Shown here: positions 21,025-30,232 of the stretch, in pieces | Layout: the number at the start of each line of letters is the position of its first letter | How positions within the stretch are numbered: position 1 is the first letter of the stretch | Assembly (NCBI GenBank): GCA_963727805.1 | Contig: CAVSHF010000005.1 | Location: 96,001 to 160,000 of the forward strand | Source: an uncultured Nitrospiraceae bacterium | Lineage (GTDB): Bacteria > Nitrospirota > Thermodesulfovibrionia > Thermodesulfovibrionales > Dissulfurispiraceae | Direction of reading: 5' to 3' | DNA length: 64,000 nt | The notes under the pieces: generated by a model | Database searches by the model: none | What the model saw: only the letters and a program-made list of their open reading frames with translations | Told to the model about the DNA's origin: nothing | Program-made: the position numbers and the translations under genes

Positions 21025-22188
21025 ATGGAAAAGACCAAAATACTCATAACGTGCCCTAAAGGGCTTCCACCCTATCTGAATACGGAATTATCAGTCCTTG
21101 GCTTTCCTGTACTAGACGAAACCATTGCCGGGATTGAGACGGAAGGCACCCTCGATGATACGATGATGCTGAATCTTTCACTGAGAACAGGGCACAGGGT
21201 TCTCTTGCATCTTATGAGCTTTATCGCGGACGATGCCTATGATCTCTACCTGAACGTATCTCAAATCGAATGGGAACGCTTCATACACGAAAATGAATAC
21301 CTGTCGGTCCACTCTTCAGTCGATAATCCGACAATTACTAATCCCCTTTTTGCTAACGTCAAATGCAAGGATGCGATTGTCGACAGAATAAAGGAAAAGT
21401 GCGGGCGGCGACCCGACTCGGGTCCTGAGATGACCGGTGTTGTAGTTTTCCTCTACTGGAAGGGCAACAGGTGCAGTGTCTATCTCGATACCTCCGGTGA
21501 ACCTCTTGCAAAGCGCGGCTACAGGAAGATTCCTTTAAAGGCGCCGATGCAGGAAACGCTCGCTGCCGCGGTGATTATGGCGACCGGGTGGGTCGGGAAT
21601 GGAAACTTCATAAACCCCATGTGCGGTAGTGGCACACTTGCTATTGAAGCCGCCCTAATCGGCCTCAATCGGGCACCCGGCATCCTGCGCAGCAACTTTG
21701 GGTTCATGCACCTCAAAGGTTTTGACAAGGCAAAGTGGGAAGACATGCGAACGAGTTCCAAGGCTACTGCGCGAAAATCACTGAATGGTAAAATAGTGGC
21801 TACCGACAACAACCCTGCTGCAATCCAGGCCGCCAAGAACAATGCAGCTACGGCTGGCGTCGAACATATCATCGACTTTCAAGTATCCGAGTTCCATGGA
21901 ACACCTATCCCCGAAGGCGGCGGGGTTGTCATTCTCAATCCTGAATACGGCGAAAGGCTCGGCAAAATCACATACCTTGAAGACACTTACAAAGGGATAG
22001 GCGATTTCTTTAAACAGAAATGCAGTGGCTATAAGGGATATATCTTTACGGGAAACTTTGAACTGGCAAAGAAGGTTGGCCTGCGCACAAGACGTAAGAT
22101 TCAATTTTTCAATAGCAATATAGAATGTAGATTGCTGGAATATGAGCTTTATGCGGGGAGCAAGAAATTAAAATCAGGAAGCGTGTAG
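21025..22188 (+). CDS. THUMP-domain class I SAM RNA methyltransferase (RlmL-like)
   Basis: DTSGEPLAKRGYR, APMQETLAA, PMCGSGT, NPEYGER. Confidence 0.9.
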   Translation: MEKTKILITCPKGLPPYLNTELSVLGFPVLDETIAGIETEGTLDDTMMLNLSLRTGHRVLLHLMSFIADDAYDLYLNVSQIEWERFIHENEYLSVHSSVDNPTITNPLFANVKCKDAIVDRIKEKCGRRPDSGPEMTGVVVFLYWKGNRCSVYLDTSGEPLAKRGYRKIPLKAPMQETLAAAVIMATGWVGNGNFINPMCGSGTLAIEAALIGLNRAPGILRSNFGFMHLKGFDKAKWEDMRTSSKATARKSLNGKIVATDNNPAAIQAAKNNAATAGVEHIIDFQVSEFHGTPIPEGGGVVILNPEYGERLGKITYLEDTYKGIGDFFKQKCSGYKGYIFTGNFELAKKVGLRTRRKIQFFNSNIECRLLEYELYAGSKKLKSGSV

Positions 22189-22247
22189 TCGAAATAATAG
22201 ACGAAGAGACGCTTGTCGAGGGGATAATAGAAGGCCACTAATTTAAT

Positions 22248-23225
22248 ATGAACAACCTCGCGTTTCAAGAAAGAGACAGAGTACTTGTCCTTGGCGCTAC
22301 CGGTTTTATAGGAGGCCGGCTTATACCCGAACTCCTGAAAAAAAACATCAAACTACGCTTGCTTGTCAGAAGTCCGGAAAAGCTCTCACATGTTATACAC
22401 GATAATACTGCGATTGAAGTCTATCAGGGCGATCTCCTAACAACGCAAGGGCCGAATGCGGCCCTCGGGGGAATTCATTCTGCTTACTATCTTGTACATT
22501 CCATGGGCGGGAAAAGTATCTTCAAGAATACTGAATTTGCAGAAAAAGACAAAGAGGCAGCAAGAAACTTTATCACTGCTGCCGGCAGTGCAGGGCTGAA
22601 AAGGGTCATTTATCTTGGCGGTCTTGGGGAAGCAGAAGATCGCCTCTCGGAGCACCTGAAAAGTCGTGCAGAGGTTGCCAAGATATTATCATCTGGTACG
22701 CCAGCAGCAACTACCCTGCGTGCTGCGATAATCATAGGAGCAGGTGGTGCATCGTTTGAGATGCTCAGGCACCTGGTTGAGCGCCTTCCTGTCATGGCAT
22801 GTCCGAGGTGGATAGACACCCGAATCCAGCCAATTGCCCTCAGAGATGTCTTGTCCTATCTCATTGGATGCCTAATGAACCCTGAAACGGCAGGCGAGTC
22901 CTTTGACATCGGAGGCCCGGAAATACTCACCTACAGGGAAATGATGCAGCAGTATGCGGAAGCTCGGGGGCTCGCCCGAAGGATAATAATTGGCGTGCCC
23001 TTTCTGACGCCGACCCTCTCAGCTTACTGGGTAGACCTCGTCACGCCTGTGCCTTCAGGCATTGCCCATCCTCTTATCGAAGGAATGATAAATGAGGTCA
23101 TATGCAGAGATAATCGCATTGATAATATTGTCCAGATAGAGAAGACCCATTTTAAGGAAGCTGTGAAAATGGCCTTTTCAGAAGAAAAGAGCGGGCCAGG
23201 AATCCATGGACGGGAAAATAAGTAG
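22248..23225 (+). CDS. NAD(P)H-binding atypical SDR (YbjT-like)
   Basis: GATGFIGG, YYLVHSM, YLGGLG, SFEMLR. Confidence 0.88.
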   Translation: MNNLAFQERDRVLVLGATGFIGGRLIPELLKKNIKLRLLVRSPEKLSHVIHDNTAIEVYQGDLLTTQGPNAALGGIHSAYYLVHSMGGKSIFKNTEFAEKDKEAARNFITAAGSAGLKRVIYLGGLGEAEDRLSEHLKSRAEVAKILSSGTPAATTLRAAIIIGAGGASFEMLRHLVERLPVMACPRWIDTRIQPIALRDVLSYLIGCLMNPETAGESFDIGGPEILTYREMMQQYAEARGLARRIIIGVPFLTPTLSAYWVDLVTPVPSGIAHPLIEGMINEVICRDNRIDNIVQIEKTHFKEAVKMAFSEEKSGPGIHGRENK

Positions 23226-23452
23226 ATTAGCATAAATCTACCGTACCAGCGATCGTGACCGTCAGACCACTGATGATATTGGACTGTCCTTGTTCTTTGA
23301 AAGAGATTCTTTTGGCGCCATTATGGGGTTGAATAACATGAAAAGCAGCATTAAGCAAGACGTAATTAAGCTTCCTTCTTGAGCGGAAGTCTATCTCATT
23401 ATAGCTTTTTCATATACCATAGTCTTTTCACAGAGAAGAGCATGGAAAAATA

Positions 23453-23617
23453 ATGGCAAGCAAAATTGCATCAAACTCAATTTCTGAACCGCAATGGATG
23501 ATTCAATGCGACGTCATTAGGTATAATCTGCAGATCCGTCAGGATTCAAAGGAGCAACTCAAGAAGGAAGCTTTAGAACGAGAGATAGATGTGAGTTCTT
23601 ACATTTGCGATCTTTGA
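23453..23617 (+). CDS. Possible small ribbon-helix-helix-like protein or remnant (54 aa)
   Basis: Manual translation MASKIASNSISEPQWMIQCDVIRYNLQIRQDSKEQLKKEALEREIDVSSYICDL*; below the ORF-track cutoff. Confidence 0.35.
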   Translation: MASKIASNSISEPQWMIQCDVIRYNLQIRQDSKEQLKKEALEREIDVSSYICDL

Positions 23618-23633
23618 AAATTCCAGTCAGGTT

Positions 23634-25761
23634 TCCGGGTAGGAGCAGCGATTGCTCGCCACTCCCCCCACAGACCCGGACGAGCCCGATTAAGGCATCC
23701 GGTTCGTCAGTAACAAGAGGCATACAGCCTCTGGCTAACTAAACGGATTCGACCCGTTTAGCGCATAACTTTGCTGACCTGCATGGTTTAGATATCATGG
23801 ACTATTCGGGGCGACGGCAGTGGGAACAGCCGCTCCAGCTTTGGGAATTCATCCTCCCAATTCATCGATCCCTTATTGCTGCGACGACTCAGCCAGTAGT
23901 GCCACGCCTTCCGTACATGCCTGTAGACAAGCAGCAACTTACGGTAATTGCCTCTGATGCCGTAATATTGGTAGTGACCTTTTAACTTAAGGGTTAGAAC
24001 ACGACATTGTTCCTTAAGCGGCTCATGTCGGTGTTCCCGACACCACTCCCAAGCGCGCTTCATGGCCCGGCGCAGCCTTTTCTTGGCTGTTTGCCGCTTT
24101 ACTATCCAGTACCCCCGCCGCGTCTTCGCCCAGTAGTGCGTAAAACCCAAAAAGTCAATGCTCCCATTTTCCTCAGGGTCGCTCTTGCCTTTTGGCCTTC
24201 CGAACCTAACCAGCTTCGTCTTTGTCGGGTGTATCGTTAGCCCGTACTGTTGAAGTCTCTCAGTCAGAACGGGCAATATCCATTGTGCATCAGATTCGTG
24301 TTCGCATCCGATTAGAAAGTCATCGGCAAAACGAATCAGAAAGCTCTGTCCCTTAATGCTGGGCTTCACTTCCTTGACATACCACTCATCCAGCACATGG
24401 TGTAGGAATATATTGGCCAGAATCGGCGATATGACTCCGCCCTGCGGCGTGCCCTTCTCTGGGTATGTCAGAGTTTCCCCTTCTATTACCCCGGCATTCA
24501 GCCATTTGCCGATTAGCCGTATTATTCCTCCATCGTTGACCCTTTGCCTGATTATTTCCAACAGCCTGCCGTGATCGATATTATCGAAATAGCCTTTGAC
24601 ATCCGCATCCACTATCCAGCCGATGTTCCCTTTCACGCATTTCTGTTGAAGCTCGCTTAACGCCTGATGCTGGCTATGGCCGCGTCTGAAGCCGTGAGAG
24701 AAGGCGAAAAAGTCGCTCTCATACACTGCCTCAAGGAGCATCGCTACCGCACGTTGAACTACTTTGTCTTCAAACGTCGGAAGTCCTAACGGCCTTTCCC
24801 CTCCGTCATCCTTAGGTATCCACACCCGGTTTACAGGCGGAGCATGATACCGTCCTCCCTTGAGTCGTGTGTGCAGCTCCCGTAGATTTTCTTCGAGGTT
24901 TGATGCGTATTCTTCTGCTGTGACCCGGTCTATACCGGGCGCAGCGTCTTTTCGGGTCAGCCTGTAGGCTTCCCGCAAGAATTCCACATCTACGTGGTGC
25001 GCCAGCGTAGTGAACACCATCTCCGGATACCGGATGGCCTGCGCTGCAATCCACCGAAGTTTCGTTGATACGGTTTGTGAGTTCGAAGCCTCTCCCATAT
25101 TTCCTCTCGGTGAAACGTTATACCCGGCCTCGCCTTCCCTTCAGTGGGTCCCTTGGTCCTCGGTTCCCCACCTTCCCGGCCCGCTGGGGCCTTCGGTACT
25201 ATGCTCGGCTAAGACTGCCTCATGTCCATCCCTAGTCTCTTCGTTTGTCACTCGATTCCCGGTACCACGTTTGCTCTCTGTCTTCGTTCGTCGATGTGCG
25301 AGAGCCCTCACCGACGCCTGGGGCTTTTGTTCTTCCGGTCGCCCTCTTCCCTTCCGGTTCTCAACGTGGAGACATGCGGCCCTCCCAAGTTCCCGATCTA
25401 TCCCTTTGAATGTATGCCCTGCTCTCAGACCCCGGTGGTGTTCTGATGCTCGCCATTGCGCATTCAGAACTGCTGTCTTCCAGTTGTCCGAGACTGTCGA
25501 CTTTCCCTCCAATGCCCTGAAGGTTATCTTACTGACCACAATGTCAACGATTTCGGGGCTCACTAACACGGCCTACATTCTCGCTACACCCAGCTCCGCA
25601 CCTCCCCTCGCGAGGACGCACGCGGGTTCGCTTCCGACCTGTTGGCTAAGCTTTGGCCGGATGGGACTTGAGGTTTTCCGCCTCTCACCCATTGGATAGC
25701 AACAGCAAATTTCATCTCCTTTTCGCGAGATTCCCGATGCCTTGGATTTACCTTGGCGCGA
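23634..25761 (-). mobile_element. Group II intron (ribozyme plus En-minus RT); boundaries approximate
   Basis: Domain V GAACCGGATGCCTTAATCGGGCTCGTCCGGGTC (23705-23673, minus), then a DVI hairpin ending CTACCCGGA; ~660 nt of non-coding sequence 5' of the RT ORF. Confidence 0.9.
23788..25098 (-). CDS. ltrA: Group II intron reverse transcriptase/maturase
   Basis: APGID, RPLGLP, SHGFR, GTPQGG..SP, RFADD, FLGF, domain X; no HNH endonuclease domain. Confidence 0.95.
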   Translation of the reverse strand: MGEASNSQTVSTKLRWIAAQAIRYPEMVFTTLAHHVDVEFLREAYRLTRKDAAPGIDRVTAEEYASNLEENLRELHTRLKGGRYHAPPVNRVWIPKDDGGERPLGLPTFEDKVVQRAVAMLLEAVYESDFFAFSHGFRRGHSQHQALSELQQKCVKGNIGWIVDADVKGYFDNIDHGRLLEIIRQRVNDGGIIRLIGKWLNAGVIEGETLTYPEKGTPQGGVISPILANIFLHHVLDEWYVKEVKPSIKGQSFLIRFADDFLIGCEHESDAQWILPVLTERLQQYGLTIHPTKTKLVRFGRPKGKSDPEENGSIDFLGFTHYWAKTRRGYWIVKRQTAKKRLRRAMKRAWEWCREHRHEPLKEQCRVLTLKLKGHYQYYGIRGNYRKLLLVYRHVRKAWHYWLSRRSNKGSMNWEDEFPKLERLFPLPSPRIVHDI

Positions 25762-25975
25762 CGGCCACTTATTCCAATTTAGTTCGGATGCCGGACAGAC
25801 TTATTTAATATGGCGATCATATTGCGCCCCAGAGAATGCGCCATCTCAGGTCTCCAGTACACTTTATAACCATGCATACGGAAACTTCTCGACAATCAAT
25901 GACTAGCTGATATGTATTAAACCTGTCAAGTGCCGATAGTCGGTGTTTTCTTATCATGACCTCCTTACTGGATCA

Positions 25976-26162
25976 TGCATTTGGGTCAGAACAGCAGCGA
26001 TAAACGACGGTAGATCACTCTGATATACGCGGGTTGGATACCGCATGACTTGTCTTCGTCGTGGAGTTGCCTCTCTCTACTTTCGTGGGTTTGCCTGTAA
26101 AAAGGCTCCTCATGCAGTCACCGAGGGTTCTCCCAACCGGCTGCTATCCTGGCCGAAATGCA
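25976..26162 (-). ncRNA. Predicted bridge/seek RNA of the IS110 element
   Basis: 23-bp closing stem enclosing two stem-loops whose internal-loop segments match the target and donor sequences (see findings). Confidence 0.8.
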
Positions 26163-26252
26163 CTCCTGTCGGATTAATGTGCATAGAAGCAAATTCATGC
26201 TTCCGGAGCACTGATAAATAACAACTGTTCTATTATTGTAAGCATCATTATG

Positions 26253-27377
26253 TTATGCGACCGTCACTGCAGTGTTGCTCTTTCCCATAATCTCACGACC
26301 AATAGCCCAAATGAATCCTGCCAACTCCCTTGCCACCGCAGTGCATGCTTGCACCTTTAGTTTCCCTTTTTGCATCAGATGCCAGTATCGGCTACATAAC
26401 CGTTTTTGGGCTTTCCATGCAATCGCTTGTACAGCTTCACTGGTCTTTTCTGCCTTTCGCTGGAGGTGAGCTGTTTTTCGCGCCGGCAAACGATAGCTCC
26501 AAGACGCCTCTACAAGTAACCTGCGGACATGTCCATTGCCTGTTTTGGTAATCCCTCCTCTTTTTTGGCGATTGCCGCTTGAATCCTCGCTCGGTACTAA
26601 TCCAAGATACGCCATCAATTGTCGGGGACTCTCAAAACGGCTTATATCTCCTATTTCTGCTACTATAGTCATAGCCGTTACAATGCTCACTCCCCTTAAT
26701 GCCATCAGGGCTTCCACTACAAGCCTCATCGACCAGCTCTCAAGCGCTTTCATTATCTCTTGTTCCACAGCTGTCACTCGTCCCTGAAGGTGTCTTACTA
26801 CATCCACATACTCTTGAAACACGATCTGCTGGATTGGACTTTCAAAGCGGACCTCTTCCATCCAGCGGAAATGTGCTTGGGTCCATTTGCTGTCACCGGC
26901 ATAGACCTTCTTGTTCCGCAATAAAAAACCGCTTAACCGTTGCCGTGCGCGTCGTTCCATGGTCTTCATATCCTCACGCATCCTGGTTAGGTCCCGCATA
27001 GCCTCTTGTTGTTCATCCGGTACCCACACTGCCGTCAGTTCATTCGCCCGGAGCAAACGAACCAAAGACACTGCATCGCGTCGATCTGTCTTCACTCGAT
27101 CTCCCGCTTTCTTCGGGATCAATGAAGGGGCTACCACATCGCACCGATGCCCCATGTCGGTTATTTGCCGATAGATGCCATATCCGCAAGGCCCAGCTTC
27201 ATAACAAAAAACAGCCTTACTTCTCGCTGGCACTACTTTCTTTACCAGCTTCGTTATAGCTTCGGTTGTATTGGCAATCTCCCCATAGTATAGGGGTGTC
27301 CCATGCTTCTCGGCGGTTGCAACTGCTATTGTTTCCTTATGTACGTCCATGCCGATAAATGTGCTAAAATTCTTCAT
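26253..27377 (-). CDS. IS110-family DEDD transposase/recombinase
   Basis: GMDVHK, CYEAGP, KTDRRDA (DEDD); GLVPSEDSSG (catalytic Ser region); ITKTGN. Confidence 0.96.
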   Translation of the reverse strand: MKNFSTFIGMDVHKETIAVATAEKHGTPLYYGEIANTTEAITKLVKKVVPARSKAVFCYEAGPCGYGIYRQITDMGHRCDVVAPSLIPKKAGDRVKTDRRDAVSLVRLLRANELTAVWVPDEQQEAMRDLTRMREDMKTMERRARQRLSGFLLRNKKVYAGDSKWTQAHFRWMEEVRFESPIQQIVFQEYVDVVRHLQGRVTAVEQEIMKALESWSMRLVVEALMALRGVSIVTAMTIVAEIGDISRFESPRQLMAYLGLVPSEDSSGNRQKRGGITKTGNGHVRRLLVEASWSYRLPARKTAHLQRKAEKTSEAVQAIAWKAQKRLCSRYWHLMQKGKLKVQACTAVARELAGFIWAIGREIMGKSNTAVTVA

Positions 27378-27473
27378 AACCTGTCCTCCTTAATTGTGGC
27401 TCTGGGCCTTTGGTTTCCTACCTTAAAGCTTAACCCACGTTCTTTAAGGTTGGACAGGTTTAATACATCATGT

Positions 27474-27539
27474 CTACTTAAAGTCATCGCCACAGAGACA
27501 CGGCATATCATACAAGCTTTCTTCCAGAAATCCAGACCA
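27474..27539 (+). repeat. ~66-bp dispersed repeat, copy 1
   Basis: Differs from 36789-36855 by 3 substitutions and 1 indel. Confidence 0.9.
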
Positions 27540-28013
27540 ACGATCTTGTTCCAAAATCTTACGTGCACCTGAACCCCATCGATTTTACGAGTGTCATGAA
27601 TTTGGTGATTAGTCAAAAAAAAAACAACATTAGGATCTCTACATTTACTTACAAATCGCCGATCGCTCCAACACGATTAAGACGCTCCATTGCAATCGGC
27701 AATGCTAAGTGTTTGGTTCTTAGTGCTGCCTGTTCTTAATCGCTGAGCCGGCCAGAGTCTAAATTACCGACAGCTCATGCATTTAAATAAAACGCTGGAT
27801 CGAATAGGAAGATATGCAAGACCGTCACCTTTGATTCTTTTCAACATGCATTAGATTAACCACGCACAGTTATGTATCTTTTTTTACTGTTTGATTTGAA
27901 CCTGTTATAATGTGTGAAGCGATTATTAAACAGGCTAAGATGCTGGAGGAAGAAACTGTAACTAAGTTTAAGCATTAAGTCGAGAACCATTTTGAAGCAC
28001 TCAGAGAACCGCT

Positions 28014-30206
28014 ATGGCTGCGAACAAGAAATCAGTTAAGAAAAACTCCAATACGGAGACGGGGAAAGACAGGAGATTGGAAGCCAAGAGGCCGGATGTT
28101 TCTTCAGACCTGCGCCAGCGAGCTGATGAAATGCTAGTGAAACGACGCGAAGAACTCCACCAAGTGCCATCTGCTGATTTGCAGCGCATATTACACGAGT
28201 TGCAGGTGCACCAGGTCGAATTGGAGATGCAGAACGATGAGCTGCGCCGGACGCAGACGGAACTGGATGACGCAAGGGCTCGTTACTTCGACCTCTACGA
28301 CCTGGCACCGATCGGCTATTGCACCATCTCTGAAGAGGGGTTGATTCTGGAGGCCAATTTTACTGTCGCCACTCTGCTGGGTGTCCCCAAAAAGGCGCTT
28401 TTACGGCAACCAATCACCCGGTTCATTTACAGGGAAGACCAGGACATCTACTACTTGCATCGCAAGAAACTCGTTGAGACCGGTGGGGCGCAGTCGTGCG
28501 AACTACGGATGCTTAAGACCGACGGAGCACCATTCTGGGCATATCTGGAGGCCACCGCCACGCGGGGCGACGGCGATGCCCCCGTGTGCCGCGTCGTGTT
28601 GAACGACATCAGCGAGCGCAAGCAGGCGGAGGCAACCCACCTGTTCCTGTCACAGTACAGCTGGGCAATATCAGATGATGATTTTTTCAAAGCACTGGCA
28701 GAACACTTGGCTGCGAATCTTGGGACGGATTTTGTCTGTATCGACCGGCTGGTCGGTGACGGACTCCGTGCGCGTACACTCGCTGTGTACTTCGACGGCA
28801 AGTTTGAGGACAATATAGAATACGCGCTGAAAGATACTCCGTGCGGTGCAGTGGTTGATCAGAAAATCTGTTGCTTTCCCCAAAAAGTACGTCACCTCTT
28901 CCCCAATGATGAAGTGCTGCAGGAAATGATTGCCGAAAGCTATGTCGGAGTTACACTTTTCAGCTCTGAGGGCAAACCGATAGGGCTGATAGCCCTCATC
29001 GGAAGAACCCCGCTCACAAGTCCCGACCGCGCAGAGCAAGTGTTAAAGCTGGTGGCTGACCGGGCGGCAAGTGAACTGGAGCGTAAAGATATCGAAGAAT
29101 CTCTAAAGCAAAGCGAGGCTTTCAACCAAAGCATCATTGATAGCAACTCTGACTGTATAAAGGTTCTCGATTTGCAGGGAAGATTGCAGTACATGAGCCC
29201 AAACGGACGCAAGATTCTCGGCATAGTTGATATGCAGCCCTTTGTTGGAATGCATTATGCAGATTTTTGGAAGGACCCTGTAAAGGATGATGTGTATCAG
29301 GCCATTGAGCGGGCAAAGGCCGGAGGTCACGGAAATTTCACTGGCTATTGCCCCACATTGGATGGTACACCAAAGTGGTGGGATGTCAGTGTCACACCAA
29401 TATTAAATACGCAACAGGATGTACAAAGCATACTCGTTATTTCGCGGGATATCACCGACCGCAAGTGGGCAGAGGAGCAAATCGAAAGACTGAACGATGA
29501 CCTTCTTGAAAGAAACGATAAGCTGGAGTTGGTGAACAAAGAACTCGAAGCGTTTAGTTACTCGGTTTCGCACGACCTTCGGGCACCCTTGCGGCATATG
29601 GCCGGTTTCGCAAAAATGCTCCAGAAGAAACTAGTCGACGACCCTGACGAAAAAACTCATCAATACATGGTTTCGATAATAGCGGCTTCAAAAAAGATGG
29701 AGAGGCTCATTGACGATCTGCTCTCGTTTTCTCACATCGGGCGTGCCGAGCTACAAATGAGAAAGGTGAGTTTTAACTCCCTCGTGAACGAGGTGGTCGG
29801 CGAAATTAAGGACGAACTGAAGGAACGACAGGTTAGGTGGGAAATCGATGAACTGCCTGACTTACTCGGTGATCGATCACTATTAAAACTTGTGATTGTC
29901 AACCTTGTCTCAAATGCAGTTAAATTCACAAGCCCTCGTTCACAGGCTGAAATCAAGATTGGATGCACTGAAGAGGCTGATAGATTCACCTGTTCAATCT
30001 CGGATAATGGAGTAGGGTTTGACATGAAATATGCGGACAGACTCTTCGGCGTATTCCAGCGTCTTCACACCCAAGAGGAATTTGAAGGTACAGGCATTGG
30101 CCTTGCGAATGTGCAGCGCATTCTATCGCGCCATGGCGGAACAATCTGGGCCGAAGGTGCTGTGGGACAAGGCGCAACGTTTTACTTTACATTGCCAAAA
30201 ATTTAA
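28014..30206 (+). CDS. PAS/GAF sensor histidine kinase
   Basis: HELQVHQVELEMQN coiled coil, PAS-GAF-PAS, SHDLRAPL, NAVKF, DNGVG, GTGIGL. Confidence 0.93.
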   Translation: MAANKKSVKKNSNTETGKDRRLEAKRPDVSSDLRQRADEMLVKRREELHQVPSADLQRILHELQVHQVELEMQNDELRRTQTELDDARARYFDLYDLAPIGYCTISEEGLILEANFTVATLLGVPKKALLRQPITRFIYREDQDIYYLHRKKLVETGGAQSCELRMLKTDGAPFWAYLEATATRGDGDAPVCRVVLNDISERKQAEATHLFLSQYSWAISDDDFFKALAEHLAANLGTDFVCIDRLVGDGLRARTLAVYFDGKFEDNIEYALKDTPCGAVVDQKICCFPQKVRHLFPNDEVLQEMIAESYVGVTLFSSEGKPIGLIALIGRTPLTSPDRAEQVLKLVADRAASELERKDIEESLKQSEAFNQSIIDSNSDCIKVLDLQGRLQYMSPNGRKILGIVDMQPFVGMHYADFWKDPVKDDVYQAIERAKAGGHGNFTGYCPTLDGTPKWWDVSVTPILNTQQDVQSILVISRDITDRKWAEEQIERLNDDLLERNDKLELVNKELEAFSYSVSHDLRAPLRHMAGFAKMLQKKLVDDPDEKTHQYMVSIIAASKKMERLIDDLLSFSHIGRAELQMRKVSFNSLVNEVVGEIKDELKERQVRWEIDELPDLLGDRSLLKLVIVNLVSNAVKFTSPRSQAEIKIGCTEEADRFTCSISDNGVGFDMKYADRLFGVFQRLHTQEEFEGTGIGLANVQRILSRHGGTIWAEGAVGQGATFYFTLPKI

Positions 30207-30232
30207 GAGCTTCGACCTTAAACAGAATAAAA

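Larger units (their letters stand above)
25907..27475 (-). mobile_element. IS110-family element, IS1111-type organisation
   Basis: Perfect 16-bp sub-terminal IRs (25912-25927 / 27453-27468), shared 2-nt core (CT on + strand) at both ends, long 3' non-coding region, no TSD. Confidence 0.92.

Noticed and set aside
23788..25098. RT as a retron, DGR or defence RT
   Set aside because: Has domain X and is followed by clear DV/DVI; no template/variable repeat pair or msr-msd seen
25010..25699. 229-aa (+) and 142-aa (-) ORFs
   Set aside because: Overlap the ribozyme domains of the group II intron; no protein motifs
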